Assembly: GCA_000165345.1 (NCBI GenBank) | Contig: CM000435.1 | Coordinates: forward strand, 800,001-864,000 | Direction of reading: 5' to 3' | Length of the DNA stretch: 64,000 nucleotides | In this document: one piece after another, positions 20,511 to 30,628 of the stretch | Layout of the letters: each line of letters begins with the position of its first letter | How positions within the stretch are numbered: position 1 is the first letter of the stretch | Position numbers and translations under genes: made by a program | The notes under the pieces: generated by a model | The model's input: the letters and a program-made list of their open reading frames with translations, nothing else | Told to the model about the DNA's origin: nothing | The model's database searches: none

Positions 20511-21350
20511 CTAAACAAGCTGGTCGGAATCTACCGCCGTCATTCTTATACAAGCTGCTACTCTATTAATAATCTCATATTGGTCTAAAAAGTCTACAAT
20601 GCTGTTTACTTGAATAGCAACTTCAGATTTGTTATTCCTATAAATACAAGAAATATTTGAATCCTTAGAATTAGCTATTACAAGACAACATGGTAAAAGC
20701 GTTTTCTGTCCATTATTCATTGCTTTCGTGCTTGCATTATTCTCTATTATAGTTTTCAACGAAAGGTACAGATATTGTAATCTCTCGTATTCGACGAGCT
20801 TTTCGCGAATATTTTGTTGGATTAATGGCAGATTATCACATGATTGAGAATTTTCCGAACATAAGATGTGATTAATGCTAGAAATACCTTTCCATATTAT
20901 ATTTTTATTACTTTTGTCTATAATTTTTGCAGAAATTAGGACATTAATTGCATCATAAACTCGTCTCCTTATGCTTTTTTCACTTGACTCACGATTTTTC
21001 TGATAAATAGGGTCATTTGCTGCACGTATTGAATCAATAGGGCCTAAATATTCCATTATTAAATTGTCGGCGATGTCAGTTTGCGTAGAAATCCTCCAAA
21101 CCTTTAATAAAGTGCAAATTCTTACAGCAACCTGTTTTAGAGTGCCTTTATTTGATGAATTACCAAGTATTCCCATATATGGTAGAGAATTGTTTCTAGA
21201 ATCTAGATTATATTGATTGGAATGTACGGAGTCTGTTTCTGTAGTAAGCATTTCAAATGTATAGCCAGTACTACCAACATTATTAGCAGATAAGCTATCA
21301 CCGGTATTTACCGGGTTAATATAACTGTTCAAACTTCTAGAATAGTCCAT
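20511..21350 (-). CDS. Transcription factor DP (E2F dimerisation partner), with a winged-helix DNA-binding domain and a dimerisation region.
   Basis: IYQKN...[29 protein letters not shown] closely matches the DP1 segment [32 protein letters not shown]. The downstream coiled-coil region ([30 protein letters not shown]) resembles the DP dimerisation domain. Confidence 0.65.
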   Translation of the reverse strand: [279 protein letters not shown]

Positions 21351-21676
21351 ATGAAAGAAAAAATTATAATTATTTGAAATCTAATTATTAATCTCTTTTC
21401 GATCCAGATTTGCCGATTTTTATTTTAGCGGCAATAGTTAGCTTGTATAAAATGGAGAGATAACAACAGTATATATTTGGCAATAATAAACAGTAATTGT
21501 TTATATTATATTCTGGTGAGTTTACTGAATTTTAGGTTCATCGAACCAATTGCAAATTGAGTTTATTTATTGGTAATAATCATTATGGCATAATCAATGA
21601 ACCGCCATTTTACTCCCCTCACAACAAATGGCAGGAATTTGAATATAAAATCCCTCAATTAGATTTATTTATTGCT

Positions 21677-22387
21677 ATGGACGCTGACTACTCATTTTCG
21701 CTCACAACATTCAGCCCTTCTGGAAAACTTGTTCAGATAGAATATGCGCTTAATGCAGTTAACTCTCAAGGGCGTCCTGCATTGGGAATAAAAGCAAGAA
21801 ATGGAGTTGTAATTGCTACTGAAAAGAAAGTTGCGAGCCCATTGGTTGAGGAACATTCAATTAGAAAGGTCGAATTAATTACTAGTGAGATAGGCTGTTG
21901 CTTTGCAGGTATGCCTGCTGATTTCAGAGTGATTCTGAAAAAGAGTCGAAAAATTGCCCAGGTTTACTACAATACGTATCGTGAGCAAATTCCAGTATGT
22001 GAACTAGTTCGAGAAATCGCAACTGTTATGCAAGAATTTACTCAGTCAGGCGGCGTAAGACCATTCGGAATTTCATTATTAGTAGCAGGTTTCGATTCAA
22101 CTAGAGGCCCCCAGCTATTTCAAGTAGATCCCTCTGGTGCCTATTTCGGATGGAAGGCATCTGCAATCGGAAAAGACATGCAGAATGCAAAATCTTTCTT
22201 AGAGAAAAGATATAACCCTGACGTAGAAATTGAGGATGCATTACACACCGCTCTCCTCACATTGAAAGAGTGCTTTGAAGGAGCAATGAATGAAGACAAC
22301 ATTGAAGTGGGTATAATAGGGGAAGACAAAAACTTCACTATTCTATCGCCACAGGAGATAAAGGACTATTTAGGTGAGGTTGAATAG
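21677..22387 (+). CDS. PSMA2: 20S proteasome alpha-2 subunit. The start is moved to the internal ATG at 21677 ([16 protein letters not shown]).
   Basis: Near-colinear with human PSMA2 ([49 protein letters not shown]). The 40 codons upstream, from the track ORF start at 21557, have no counterpart in alpha subunits. Confidence 0.85.
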   Translation: MDADYSFSLTTFSPSGKLVQIEYALNAVNSQGRPALGIKARNGVVIATEKKVASPLVEEHSIRKVELITSEIGCCFAGMPADFRVILKKSRKIAQVYYNTYREQIPVCELVREIATVMQEFTQSGGVRPFGISLLVAGFDSTRGPQLFQVDPSGAYFGWKASAIGKDMQNAKSFLEKRYNPDVEIEDALHTALLTLKECFEGAMNEDNIEVGIIGEDKNFTILSPQEIKDYLGEVE

Positions 22388-22528
22388 GAAAGAATTTAGA
22401 ATAGCATATTAGCTACATTAATATAATTATCTCAAGCGTGTGCAGATTATTTTGTTTTGATTGCGACAAATATGATTTAATTGTTTCTTGAGACGATGTG
22501 GGGAACTAAGGAGACGCCGTGTTATTCA

Positions 22529-22536
22529 TGCGCGCC
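22529..22536. promoter_or_regulatory. TGCGCGCC element inside a locally GC-rich block of about 60 bp (22490-22550), roughly 70 bp upstream of the GRP94 start codon.
   Basis: The sequence gacgatgtggggaactaaggagacgccgtgttattcatgcgcgccccgcgatactg is strikingly GC-rich for an intergenic region here. Its octamer is identical to the one at 1009-1016. Confidence 0.35.
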
Positions 22537-22604
22537 CCGCGATACTGTTCGATTTACTCAACTAAAGATTGCCATTACACTGAATAAGTTCTGTTTGCGT
22601 AATA

Positions 22605-24968
22605 ATGAGTTTTTTACTACATTTACTTGTGTTTTTCTGCCTTATTATAAACTTATGCTTCGGAAGTGAATCTACTGGTGTCCCTTCTGGAGCTACTTTC
22701 GACGAGTCCCAACTTGGGGACTTAAATAATATTGATTTATCCTCTTTTGGAGCTAATGGTGGTTCATTTGCTGACGAATCAGAGGCTGTTGTTGATAGCA
22801 TTACTCCTGCTCCCTTACCAGAATTATCTAACGATGATGAGGCCGCTATTCAAAAAACTAGTGAAAGCTACGAGTTCCAAACTGAAGTTTCAAGACTTAT
22901 GGATATTATTATTAACTCTCTATATTCTCAGAAAGATGTATTTCTCAGAGAGTTACTGTCTAATTCTGCAGATGCATTGGAGAAGGCTAGATTTATTTCG
23001 GTTACAGATGATTCATTCCTAGGCGAACAACAAGAACTTGAAATTCGTGTCTCATTTAACAATGATAAACGTACAATAACTATTTCTGATACTGGTATCG
23101 GTATGACGCGTCACGATTTAGTCACCAATCTTGGTACAGTTGCCAAATCTGGTACTGCAAATTTTCTAGAGTCTTTGGCTAAAGGTGGAGATTTGAATTT
23201 GATTGGTCAATTTGGTGTTGGTTTTTATGCATCCTATCTTGTTTCAGACCGCGTAACAGTAATTTCAAAGAATAACGAAGATAAACAATATGTTTGGGAG
23301 TCCAGTGCGGATGGATCATTCAGAGTTAGTCTGGATCCAAGAGGTAACACAATTAAAAGAGGTACCACCATAGTTCTTTCATTGAAGGAAGATGCTACCG
23401 AGTTTATGAATTTTTCTAAATTGAAAGATTTAGTTCTTAGATATTCACAGTTTATTAACTTTCCAATTTATATTTATAACCCCGAGGGAGTAAATAAATC
23501 TGAAAAGGATGAATCTGGTGAGAAGAAAGAGTCCAAGGGTAGATGGGAGCAGGTTAATGTAGAAAAGGCAATATGGCTAAGGCCTAGAGAAGAAATTACT
23601 AAGGAGGAGTACAATGGGTTTTACAAAAGCATTACTCACGACTATTCTGAGCCCCTTAGATATCTACATTTTTCCGCCGAAGGTGAAATAGAGTTCAAAT
23701 CATTGTTGTTTATCCCATCCCATCCTCCTTTTGATATGTTTGACACCTATATGGGAAAGAGTGGTAATATAAAGTTTTATGTTAGAAGAGTTCTAATTAC
23801 TGACCATATTGAGGATTTACTACCAAAATACTTGAATTTTATTAAGGGTGTTGTTGATAGCGACGATATTAGTTTGAATGTTGCAAGAGAGCATGTTCAA
23901 CAAAGTAGGATAATTAAGGTGATTAGCAAAAAGATGGTAAGAAAGGTTCTTGAAATGATCAAACAGATTCAAACAGAGCAACTCAATGCAGAGAAGGAGG
24001 AGGCAAACAAGCCAGACGAAGAGAAGAAAAAGGACGCAGCCTTAACAGTTTATGATAAGTTTTATGATATGTTCCACAAGAACTTGAAACTTGGTTGTTA
24101 TGAAGATGACTCGAACCGCTCAAAGATCGTTAAGCTTCTTAAATTCCATACTTCAAAAAGTGGGGACAGCACCGTATTTTTATCTAAGTACATTGAAGGT
24201 ATGAAACCAGAACAAAAAAGCATCTTTTATATTTCAGGTGAATCCCCCTCTGCGCTTTTAAAGAACCCATTGGTTTCACTTTATCTAAAGCATGATATTG
24301 AGGTACTGTTCTTAACTGAAGGGGTTGATGAACCATGCATTTCCAGAGTTCCAGAATTAGAAGGGTTCAAATTCACTAGCATTGAAAAAAGCGATGTAAG
24401 ACCCTTTGAAGAAACTGAAGAGGAGAAAAATATGCACAAGAGATTATCAAAATTCTATGAGCCATTGCTCAAGTTCGTAAAGGATGAGTTCCCTGGCGAA
24501 TTTTTAAAAGTGGAAGTTTCTAAGCGTCTTGTAAGTGACCCTGCTGTAATTACTTCTGGTCCTTGGGGACAGTCCGCATACATGCAGAAAATTCAGAAGG
24601 CCCAGACATTTTCAAATAAGGCAGACTATAAGAATAAGCATATGGAAATTAACCCTAACCACGCTTTGATAAAGAAACTTAACGACCTCGTCATTTCGAA
24701 AAATAATGTTGAGGCTAAAGCACTTGCCTTAAAAATTATTCAACTTTCTACAATTGCTTCCGGATTTGACCTTGAGAATCCTAGTGAATTCGCTTCTGGA
24801 ATGTTTAAGATCATGCTACAGAGTTCAGGGATAGACGAGAAAGATGTCATTAGCTCCGTTGAATTACCCGAAGAAGTAAGTACAGACGAAGGTGTAGAGG
24901 GCTCCGATCAAGAAAAGGGATTTGACGACGAAGAAGACGAAAAAAATGAAAAGCGCGACGAACTCTAG
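22605..24968 (+). CDS. HSP90B1: Endoplasmin / GRP94, the ER-resident HSP90 paralogue. It has an N-terminal signal peptide and a C-terminal RDEL ER-retention motif.
   Basis: HSP90 GHKL ATPase motifs (NKDVFLRELLSNSADALEK, ISDTGIGMT, IGQFGVGFYASYLV), signal peptide MSFLLHLLVFFCLIINLCFG, an acidic C-terminal tail ending NEKRDEL, and no MEEVD. Confidence 0.9.
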   Translation: MSFLLHLLVFFCLIINLCFGSESTGVPSGATFDESQLGDLNNIDLSSFGANGGSFADESEAVVDSITPAPLPELSNDDEAAIQKTSESYEFQTEVSRLMDIIINSLYSQKDVFLRELLSNSADALEKARFISVTDDSFLGEQQELEIRVSFNNDKRTITISDTGIGMTRHDLVTNLGTVAKSGTANFLESLAKGGDLNLIGQFGVGFYASYLVSDRVTVISKNNEDKQYVWESSADGSFRVSLDPRGNTIKRGTTIVLSLKEDATEFMNFSKLKDLVLRYSQFINFPIYIYNPEGVNKSEKDESGEKKESKGRWEQVNVEKAIWLRPREEITKEEYNGFYKSITHDYSEPLRYLHFSAEGEIEFKSLLFIPSHPPFDMFDTYMGKSGNIKFYVRRVLITDHIEDLLPKYLNFIKGVVDSDDISLNVAREHVQQSRIIKVISKKMVRKVLEMIKQIQTEQLNAEKEEANKPDEEKKKDAALTVYDKFYDMFHKNLKLGCYEDDSNRSKIVKLLKFHTSKSGDSTVFLSKYIEGMKPEQKSIFYISGESPSALLKNPLVSLYLKHDIEVLFLTEGVDEPCISRVPELEGFKFTSIEKSDVRPFEETEEEKNMHKRLSKFYEPLLKFVKDEFPGEFLKVEVSKRLVSDPAVITSGPWGQSAYMQKIQKAQTFSNKADYKNKHMEINPNHALIKKLNDLVISKNNVEAKALALKIIQLSTIASGFDLENPSEFASGMFKIMLQSSGIDEKDVISSVELPEEVSTDEGVEGSDQEKGFDDEEDEKNEKRDEL

Positions 24969-25033
24969 ATCGCTGAAAAGTCCTAGATAACTTAGCTCAT
25001 AGGCTCCTAATTGATCAAACAATTCTAAATGAG

Positions 25034-27409
25034 TCAATTATTTCCTGGCATTAATGTTAGTAATAAAGAATGACCACCTGAAACTGCAGGAGAGGGCACA
25101 GTTTGAGGTATGTTGTGTTCTTGTTGAATCTGGTGGTGAATGAATGGATTAGGTGGATCGTTCCTGATAGGGAAGTAGTGATGATTTCTAAAGGAAGAAA
25201 GTAGTTTGCTACCCGATGAATATCCTGCGCCGCTATTCGAAATCCTCCCACTTCTATTAGTTTCGTTTGATTTGCAATACCTTCCCTCTATATTTGAGCC
25301 ATTTTCAAGTTCCTTCATCAGATTTAATATGATCTGCTTCTCATTGATGTCTTTAGTCAAGTCAAATGCAATGTTTAAGTGTCTTAATGCCTTATCCTTC
25401 CTGCCTAAATGTGAGAAAGTCTTTCCTAAATATAGATGAATATTGGGTTCGTTTGACGCGAGGCGGTGAGCGGCTGTCAGCATTGTTAAAGCCTCTTCAT
25501 ATCTTTCCAGTTCTAATAACACGATTCCTGCATGATATTTTAACCAAGGATTTCTTTGGTCTTTGAGAATTCCCTTTTGGAAAGTATTATAAGCAGAGAG
25601 AAAATCATGAGTTGTTAGATAGCAAAGGCCAAGGTAATGTATTAATGTAGAATTATTTGGAACAACTTTAAGTGCCAAATTGAAATGGCTCTTTGCTTGA
25701 TAGTACTCTTCTCTTTTAAACCAAACATAACCGATTCCCCAGTGAGCTCTATGGCACCTCGGATCAATTTTCAAAGCCTTTTGGTACATTTGGATCGCTT
25801 CATCGTATTTCTCAATAATTGAAAGCTCATGCCCAATCAATGTATAAGCATAAACATAGCGGTTATCATACTGAATTGCCCTTTTAAAGCACTTAATTGA
25901 ACTTTCGTATTCCTTATGCAAGGAAAAGCAATTTCCAACTACAATCCAAAGCTGAGGGGTATTCTTTTCAATAATTTTTAAAGTCAAGTTTGAAAGATTG
26001 ATTAAGTCAATGCTCCTGGACAACTGCCACAAACACGAACTATAAATATCGAGACACTTAATCCAAAGATTATAATTGGTTTCATAGTTAATACATTTGC
26101 AAACGTTTATACATTCTTGCCATTGATTTGACTCGAAAAGTGCCCTTACATGCAACTCTCTTACATACCCCATTTCCGAAATTTTGTTTGGAATACTTTC
26201 AATATTTTTGAGAAAGCTATGGCAAAGATACCATTCCATCTGATGTGTAAACTTTGACAGCAACTGAATCATAGAAATCAATGGATGAAAACGTGAATCA
26301 AGAGGTTTAATGTTTGCGTCTATATTCTCTGTGTACGCAACTGAATTGTAATTAATTTCACTAATATTTGATGAACTAAATTTATTATTTGCATTCTTTA
26401 CATCTTCAAATTCGCTATATGGCCATTTTGGGCCAGAATTGCCGTCTTTAACTGGATTTTCCAACCAATTAGTAAATGAATGGTATCTCAGCATATGTCT
26501 TTTTTGTAAAGTATCACCAACATTATAAAAGAAATCAGAAACATTTAATACATATAATTCTTCCGAATCAGACTTATCTGATATAGATATCAGAAGATTC
26601 CCATCTTGAATGTTTTTTACCTGCCAACACTCGGCTTCGTTTTTATACACAGTTGATATTACCAAAGCATCGCTGTTTGTGCCCACATATTCTAGATGCT
26701 TCTCGCCCCAGTTATTCAAGCAACAACATATTTTAACAAGTTCATGAGGATACTGGCATGATAGGCCTACTAGTTTTTGAAAAGATTTCCATAAAACTGG
26801 ATTCCAATCTAGAGCAATTGCATAACAATATAAAGCAGAAACCTTGGCATCAAGTTCCTCAAGAATGTTTCCCCATAAATACAGCCCAGCAGAATCTCCT
26901 GGAATTTTTAATTCTCCAGTATGAATGTACTTGATCAGCATTGTAGGATTCATACAAATTGTCGAAAAGATAGAGGATAATGATTTTTTTTTCTCATTTG
27001 TAACTGGAGTGCCTTTCCAAGATTTTGGTGAAACTGAGGGTGAAATTAAACAACTATCAGCAAGCTCTGTCAGAGGTTTCGAGCAAATCTTAAGGATCAT
27101 ACGCTCTGCTTCATCAATTCTTCCCATTAAATAGCAACATTTAATAGTTAAATAATCGCCATATAAATTTACTTCTTTATTTATCGAATCCTCATTAGAA
27201 CTCAATTGTAATTTTGTTTTATCGCATTCTACCCTCAAATAATTAAAAGCTTCCTGTAAATTCAAATCCTTCACAAGAAATCTAGATATTTGAATTCTTG
27301 CTTCTTTGCTTTCCAATAATTTGTCGATTACTTCAGCCCAAAATCTAATGTTGTCATACAATTGCCATCTATCAAGGTAGGTTAAAATGGACAATAACTC
27401 ATCTTCCAT
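25034..27409 (-). CDS. CDC27: Anaphase-promoting complex subunit Cdc27/APC3. TPR repeats sit at both ends with a non-conserved middle.
   Basis: The C-terminal TPR block aligns motif-by-motif with Cdc27 (AHWGIGYVWFKREEYYQAKSHFNLALKVVPNNSTLIHYLGL vs AWYGLGMIYYKQEKFSLAEMHFQKALDINPQSSVLLCHIGV; NPWLKYHAGIVLLELERYEEAL vs NPLCKFHRASVLFANEKYKSAL; IHLYLGKTFSHLGRKDKALRHLNIAFDL vs VYFLIGKVYKKLGQTHLALMNFSWAMDL). Confidence 0.65.
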   Translation of the reverse strand: MEDELLSILTYLDRWQLYDNIRFWAEVIDKLLESKEARIQISRFLVKDLNLQEAFNYLRVECDKTKLQLSSNEDSINKEVNLYGDYLTIKCCYLMGRIDEAERMILKICSKPLTELADSCLISPSVSPKSWKGTPVTNEKKKSLSSIFSTICMNPTMLIKYIHTGELKIPGDSAGLYLWGNILEELDAKVSALYCYAIALDWNPVLWKSFQKLVGLSCQYPHELVKICCCLNNWGEKHLEYVGTNSDALVISTVYKNEAECWQVKNIQDGNLLISISDKSDSEELYVLNVSDFFYNVGDTLQKRHMLRYHSFTNWLENPVKDGNSGPKWPYSEFEDVKNANNKFSSSNISEINYNSVAYTENIDANIKPLDSRFHPLISMIQLLSKFTHQMEWYLCHSFLKNIESIPNKISEMGYVRELHVRALFESNQWQECINVCKCINYETNYNLWIKCLDIYSSCLWQLSRSIDLINLSNLTLKIIEKNTPQLWIVVGNCFSLHKEYESSIKCFKRAIQYDNRYVYAYTLIGHELSIIEKYDEAIQMYQKALKIDPRCHRAHWGIGYVWFKREEYYQAKSHFNLALKVVPNNSTLIHYLGLCYLTTHDFLSAYNTFQKGILKDQRNPWLKYHAGIVLLELERYEEALTMLTAAHRLASNEPNIHLYLGKTFSHLGRKDKALRHLNIAFDLTKDINEKQIILNLMKELENGSNIEGRYCKSNETNRSGRISNSGAGYSSGSKLLSSFRNHHYFPIRNDPPNPFIHHQIQQEHNIPQTVPSPAVSGGHSLLLTLMPGNN

Positions 27410-27619
27410 TTGTGATGTATAAATAGATCTTTATTTATTTACTCTTCAATTTATGATGATTTTTGCTAATAAATTTTTGATTTTTGCTAGCATGGTTAAC
27501 CCCCACACTGAATACACATTATTGCGGCACAGAAAAAAAACTCTGGTTTTTCTGCATTAATGTTAATATTTGACGAAAATAGAGAATAAATTTTAAACTA
27601 ATTTCCAAATTCTAATAGA

Positions 27620-29830
27620 ATGAAAGAAATTGATCAAAATGTCAAGAATTATGTTTCTACCTATCATAAAACTTCTGGAATTTCAAGGATAGCAAATGAA
27701 CAAGAAAGCAACGTCAAAAATAAATCATTTGCGCCCATTCAAATAACTGTTGAACAAATTCTCAAGGAATCCTACTCTGGGTCTGCAAATAGTGTAGGAG
27801 GTAATAATAGCTTGTCTAGACTGCACGAATCATTTGATTTCAGAGGTATTGATGAGTTAGAAGATTATAGGATTAGGAAGAGAAAAGAATTTGAAGACAG
27901 TATCAGAAGAAAGCGATGGAAAATTAGTTTATATCTCTCATACGCCAAATGGGAATCTTTACAAAATAATATAAAAAATTCAAGATCCATTTTCGAAAGA
28001 GGGATTCTTGTAAATTATGAAAATGTACGAATTTGGAGAGAATATATTAAGCTTGAAATTACAAACGGAAACATTAATAATGCTAGGAATTTATTTGAAC
28101 GAGTAACTCACCTTCTACCAAGAATTGATGAATTTTGGATTAAATATATCCAAATGGAGCTTATTCTGAAAAACTACATCAATGTAAGACATATTTATAG
28201 GAAATGGATTGATTGGAAGCCGGATCCTAGTATATATATTCAGTATTCTAAATTTGAGGAGGAATGCGGAGAAATCAAATCAGCCAGAGGAGTAATGAAA
28301 GATCTTATTATATCATACCCAGATGAGAGCAACTTTATTGAGTATATAAAATTTGAACAAAGACATAAAAATCTTTTTTCTTCCGAACAAATAATTAATA
28401 TTCTAAGTGAGACATTAATTGACATAAATGGTAGTAAAATTACAAATCTGTTTTTTTCATCCATTTCAGATATCTTTGTTGAAGAAAAAAAAATTGAGGA
28501 AGCTATCAAACTTTGTAATGAAGGAATCAAAATATTGACGAATGAACACTGTGTTAAAAATCTTAAAGATAAGCTTTTTCAGTTATTCAAAATGAGAATT
28601 TATGAAAAACCTGATGAAAACATAGAGTGGATCAAACATAAATTACAGAATTATCGTGATAAATTACTTCATAACCCACAAGACTTTGATATATTGTTTG
28701 ACTATATAATATTTATTACTCAATACTTAGAATTAGATTCAGTTTTGCAAGAATATGAAAATCTTATTTTTAATCATAATATAAGCGATGTTGTTAGCTG
28801 GGAAAAGTACTTGCATTCTTATTTATTACTGATATACTTTTTTGAAATAAATCAAGATGTTAATAGTCCAAATATTTATAAATTGTATAATAGTTTCATC
28901 CAATCAATTAAAAACAATCAGATTTCTGAAATTAATATTGCTGAATTAGAAACTAAACAATCCGAATCAAAAATCACAAATGTTGAAAAAAATAATATAT
29001 TTGCAAAAGTATTTATATATTTTTCGAACCATCAATTACGTATCGGAGATTTAAATAAGGCAAGAAAAATACTAGGTATTGGATTGGGTAGAGTCCCATG
29101 TATAAATCTATTTGATCACTATATCGATATAGAATTTAAGCTTGGAAATTTTGATCGATGTAGAGTTTTATTTACTAAATACATAGAATACGACCCAGTT
29201 TCTACCAATTCCTGGATTAAATATATGCAGTTCGAATATAATCTCTGTGAGATAAAAAGAGTTATAAGCATCGCAGAATCTGCTATTTCTATGCCAGAAC
29301 TAGACTCTCCAGAAATTATTTGGCAATACTATATCGAACTGATGATCAACGAAAAAAATATTGAATTTGCAGATATTATTTATAAACGCCTATTAGAAAA
29401 GACTCAGCATATACAAGTTGTAATAAATTATTCCACATTCATTATTTCTAAGTTGCATGATAATAAACTGAACCGAGAATTCATTTTAGGAATCTTAAAT
29501 AAATATAAGGAAAGACAATTTGACTACCAAAGATCAATTTTACTCAAATATTGGCTTTCTCTTGAAGAAAAACTTGCTTCAAAAAATATTGATCCTGAAA
29601 GCAATATATGGATCGAAATTGTTAATAGGTTACTTCCAAGGACTATATTAGATGTGAATTCAAAGAACAAAACGTATGTTTTTAAAGAAGAAAACTACGA
29701 TTTTGCCCACCTGATCTCTACAAATAAAGATAATGAAGCGCAAACTTTGCAAACGAATAATAACGATAAAGTACCCACGTCGCTCATTGATGCAGCAAAG
29801 GAATGGAAGAAAGCTAAAATATTAGATTGA
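27620..29830 (+). CDS. Crooked-neck-like pre-mRNA splicing factor (CRNKL1/Clf1/Syf3) with HAT repeats.
   Basis: N-terminal PIQITVEQILKE (CRN signature QITAEQLLREA) and a run of HAT repeats (WISYAKWEE, VRIWREYIKLEITNGNINNARNLFERV, IDEFWIKYIQMEL, YIQYSKFEEECGE, NSWIKYMQFE). Confidence 0.8.
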   Translation: MKEIDQNVKNYVSTYHKTSGISRIANEQESNVKNKSFAPIQITVEQILKESYSGSANSVGGNNSLSRLHESFDFRGIDELEDYRIRKRKEFEDSIRRKRWKISLYLSYAKWESLQNNIKNSRSIFERGILVNYENVRIWREYIKLEITNGNINNARNLFERVTHLLPRIDEFWIKYIQMELILKNYINVRHIYRKWIDWKPDPSIYIQYSKFEEECGEIKSARGVMKDLIISYPDESNFIEYIKFEQRHKNLFSSEQIINILSETLIDINGSKITNLFFSSISDIFVEEKKIEEAIKLCNEGIKILTNEHCVKNLKDKLFQLFKMRIYEKPDENIEWIKHKLQNYRDKLLHNPQDFDILFDYIIFITQYLELDSVLQEYENLIFNHNISDVVSWEKYLHSYLLLIYFFEINQDVNSPNIYKLYNSFIQSIKNNQISEINIAELETKQSESKITNVEKNNIFAKVFIYFSNHQLRIGDLNKARKILGIGLGRVPCINLFDHYIDIEFKLGNFDRCRVLFTKYIEYDPVSTNSWIKYMQFEYNLCEIKRVISIAESAISMPELDSPEIIWQYYIELMINEKNIEFADIIYKRLLEKTQHIQVVINYSTFIISKLHDNKLNREFILGILNKYKERQFDYQRSILLKYWLSLEEKLASKNIDPESNIWIEIVNRLLPRTILDVNSKNKTYVFKEENYDFAHLISTNKDNEAQTLQTNNNDKVPTSLIDAAKEWKKAKILD

Positions 29831-30041
29831 TAAACTTCTTATTTCTTATTAATTTTAGTACAATAATAATTTTAAACACTAAGATTAAACTTATAATTTT
29901 TAATAAAATATATTTTCATATAGGTTTAAATTATGTGTTCATCTTTCCCTTAGTTGTATTACAAAATCTGAAGCTTAAACAATCAAAAATTTTATTACTG
30001 GAAATAATGCGCCTAATAAAACTTGAAAATATTCTCAATTT

Positions 30042-30628
30042 ATGGTAAATGTTAATGAATTAAATTTACTGAGTGTAGACTTTAATGCAGAATTGGCTAT
30101 AAATAACTTAGAAAGTGTATTTTTGCCAAAACACACTCAATCATTAGACAACATCAGCAAGGCTGCGTTGTTACTTCCCTTCGCTATTCAAAAGGAATTA
30201 AAGTTATTCAATAGTTGTAGCACTTCGTCAGAAAATAATGATGATGAGAACTTAGATAAAAATATAAATAAAGCAGAAAGACAGCTTAATGTTATTAGAA
30301 ATATTGAATTTAAATTAAATTTAAAAAAAAAATTTTCAGATAAAAAAAAGATCTTCAATTCAGTTTCAAACAAAATAACAGATAAATTTTCCATTCAACC
30401 CAATAAATATTTCTTCCAAACTGAAGAAAAAGAGAAAAGTGATGTTTACGACTATTTTACAAGAAAAGAGGTAAGTATATCATGTTATTTTCACTAATAT
30501 TTATTCTTCCCTAGTTCTCTGGTGAAATCGAATGTAAAGATAAAAAGCATATAATTATTGGTAATATATCAAACAAAAATAACATATATAAATGGAAAAT
30601 ACATTCATTAAAATACATCAAGATCTAA
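30042..30628 (+). CDS. Small hypothetical protein encoded in two exons (30042..30470 and 30515..30628) separated by a 44-nt intron (30471..30514, GTAAGTAT...CCCTAG). Its 3' end overlaps the stop of the convergent LRR gene.
   Basis: The ORF-track frame ends 8 codons after a consensus 5' splice site. Splicing to the acceptor at 30513-30514 keeps the frame open for 37 more codons to a TAA at 30626-30628. Confidence 0.4.

Noticed and set aside
21557-21676. The track's upstream ATG (21557) as the start of the proteasome alpha-2 gene.
   Set aside because: Alpha-2 subunits from all eukaryotes begin within a few residues of the [12 protein letters not shown] motif. The 40 upstream codons have no counterpart, and the ATG at 21677 gives a canonical N-terminus.
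22605-24968. The HSP90 gene as the cytosolic HSP90.
   Set aside because: The N-terminal signal peptide, the charged pre-N-domain, and the C-terminal RDEL instead of MEEVD all identify it as the ER paralogue GRP94.
25034-27409. The TPR protein as a Cdc16/Cdc23 (APC6/APC8) subunit or a generic TPR protein.
   Set aside because: The three-block C-terminal TPR alignment and the N-TPR, divergent middle, C-TPR architecture fit Cdc27/APC3 best. The APC6/8 alternatives are not excluded without a database search.
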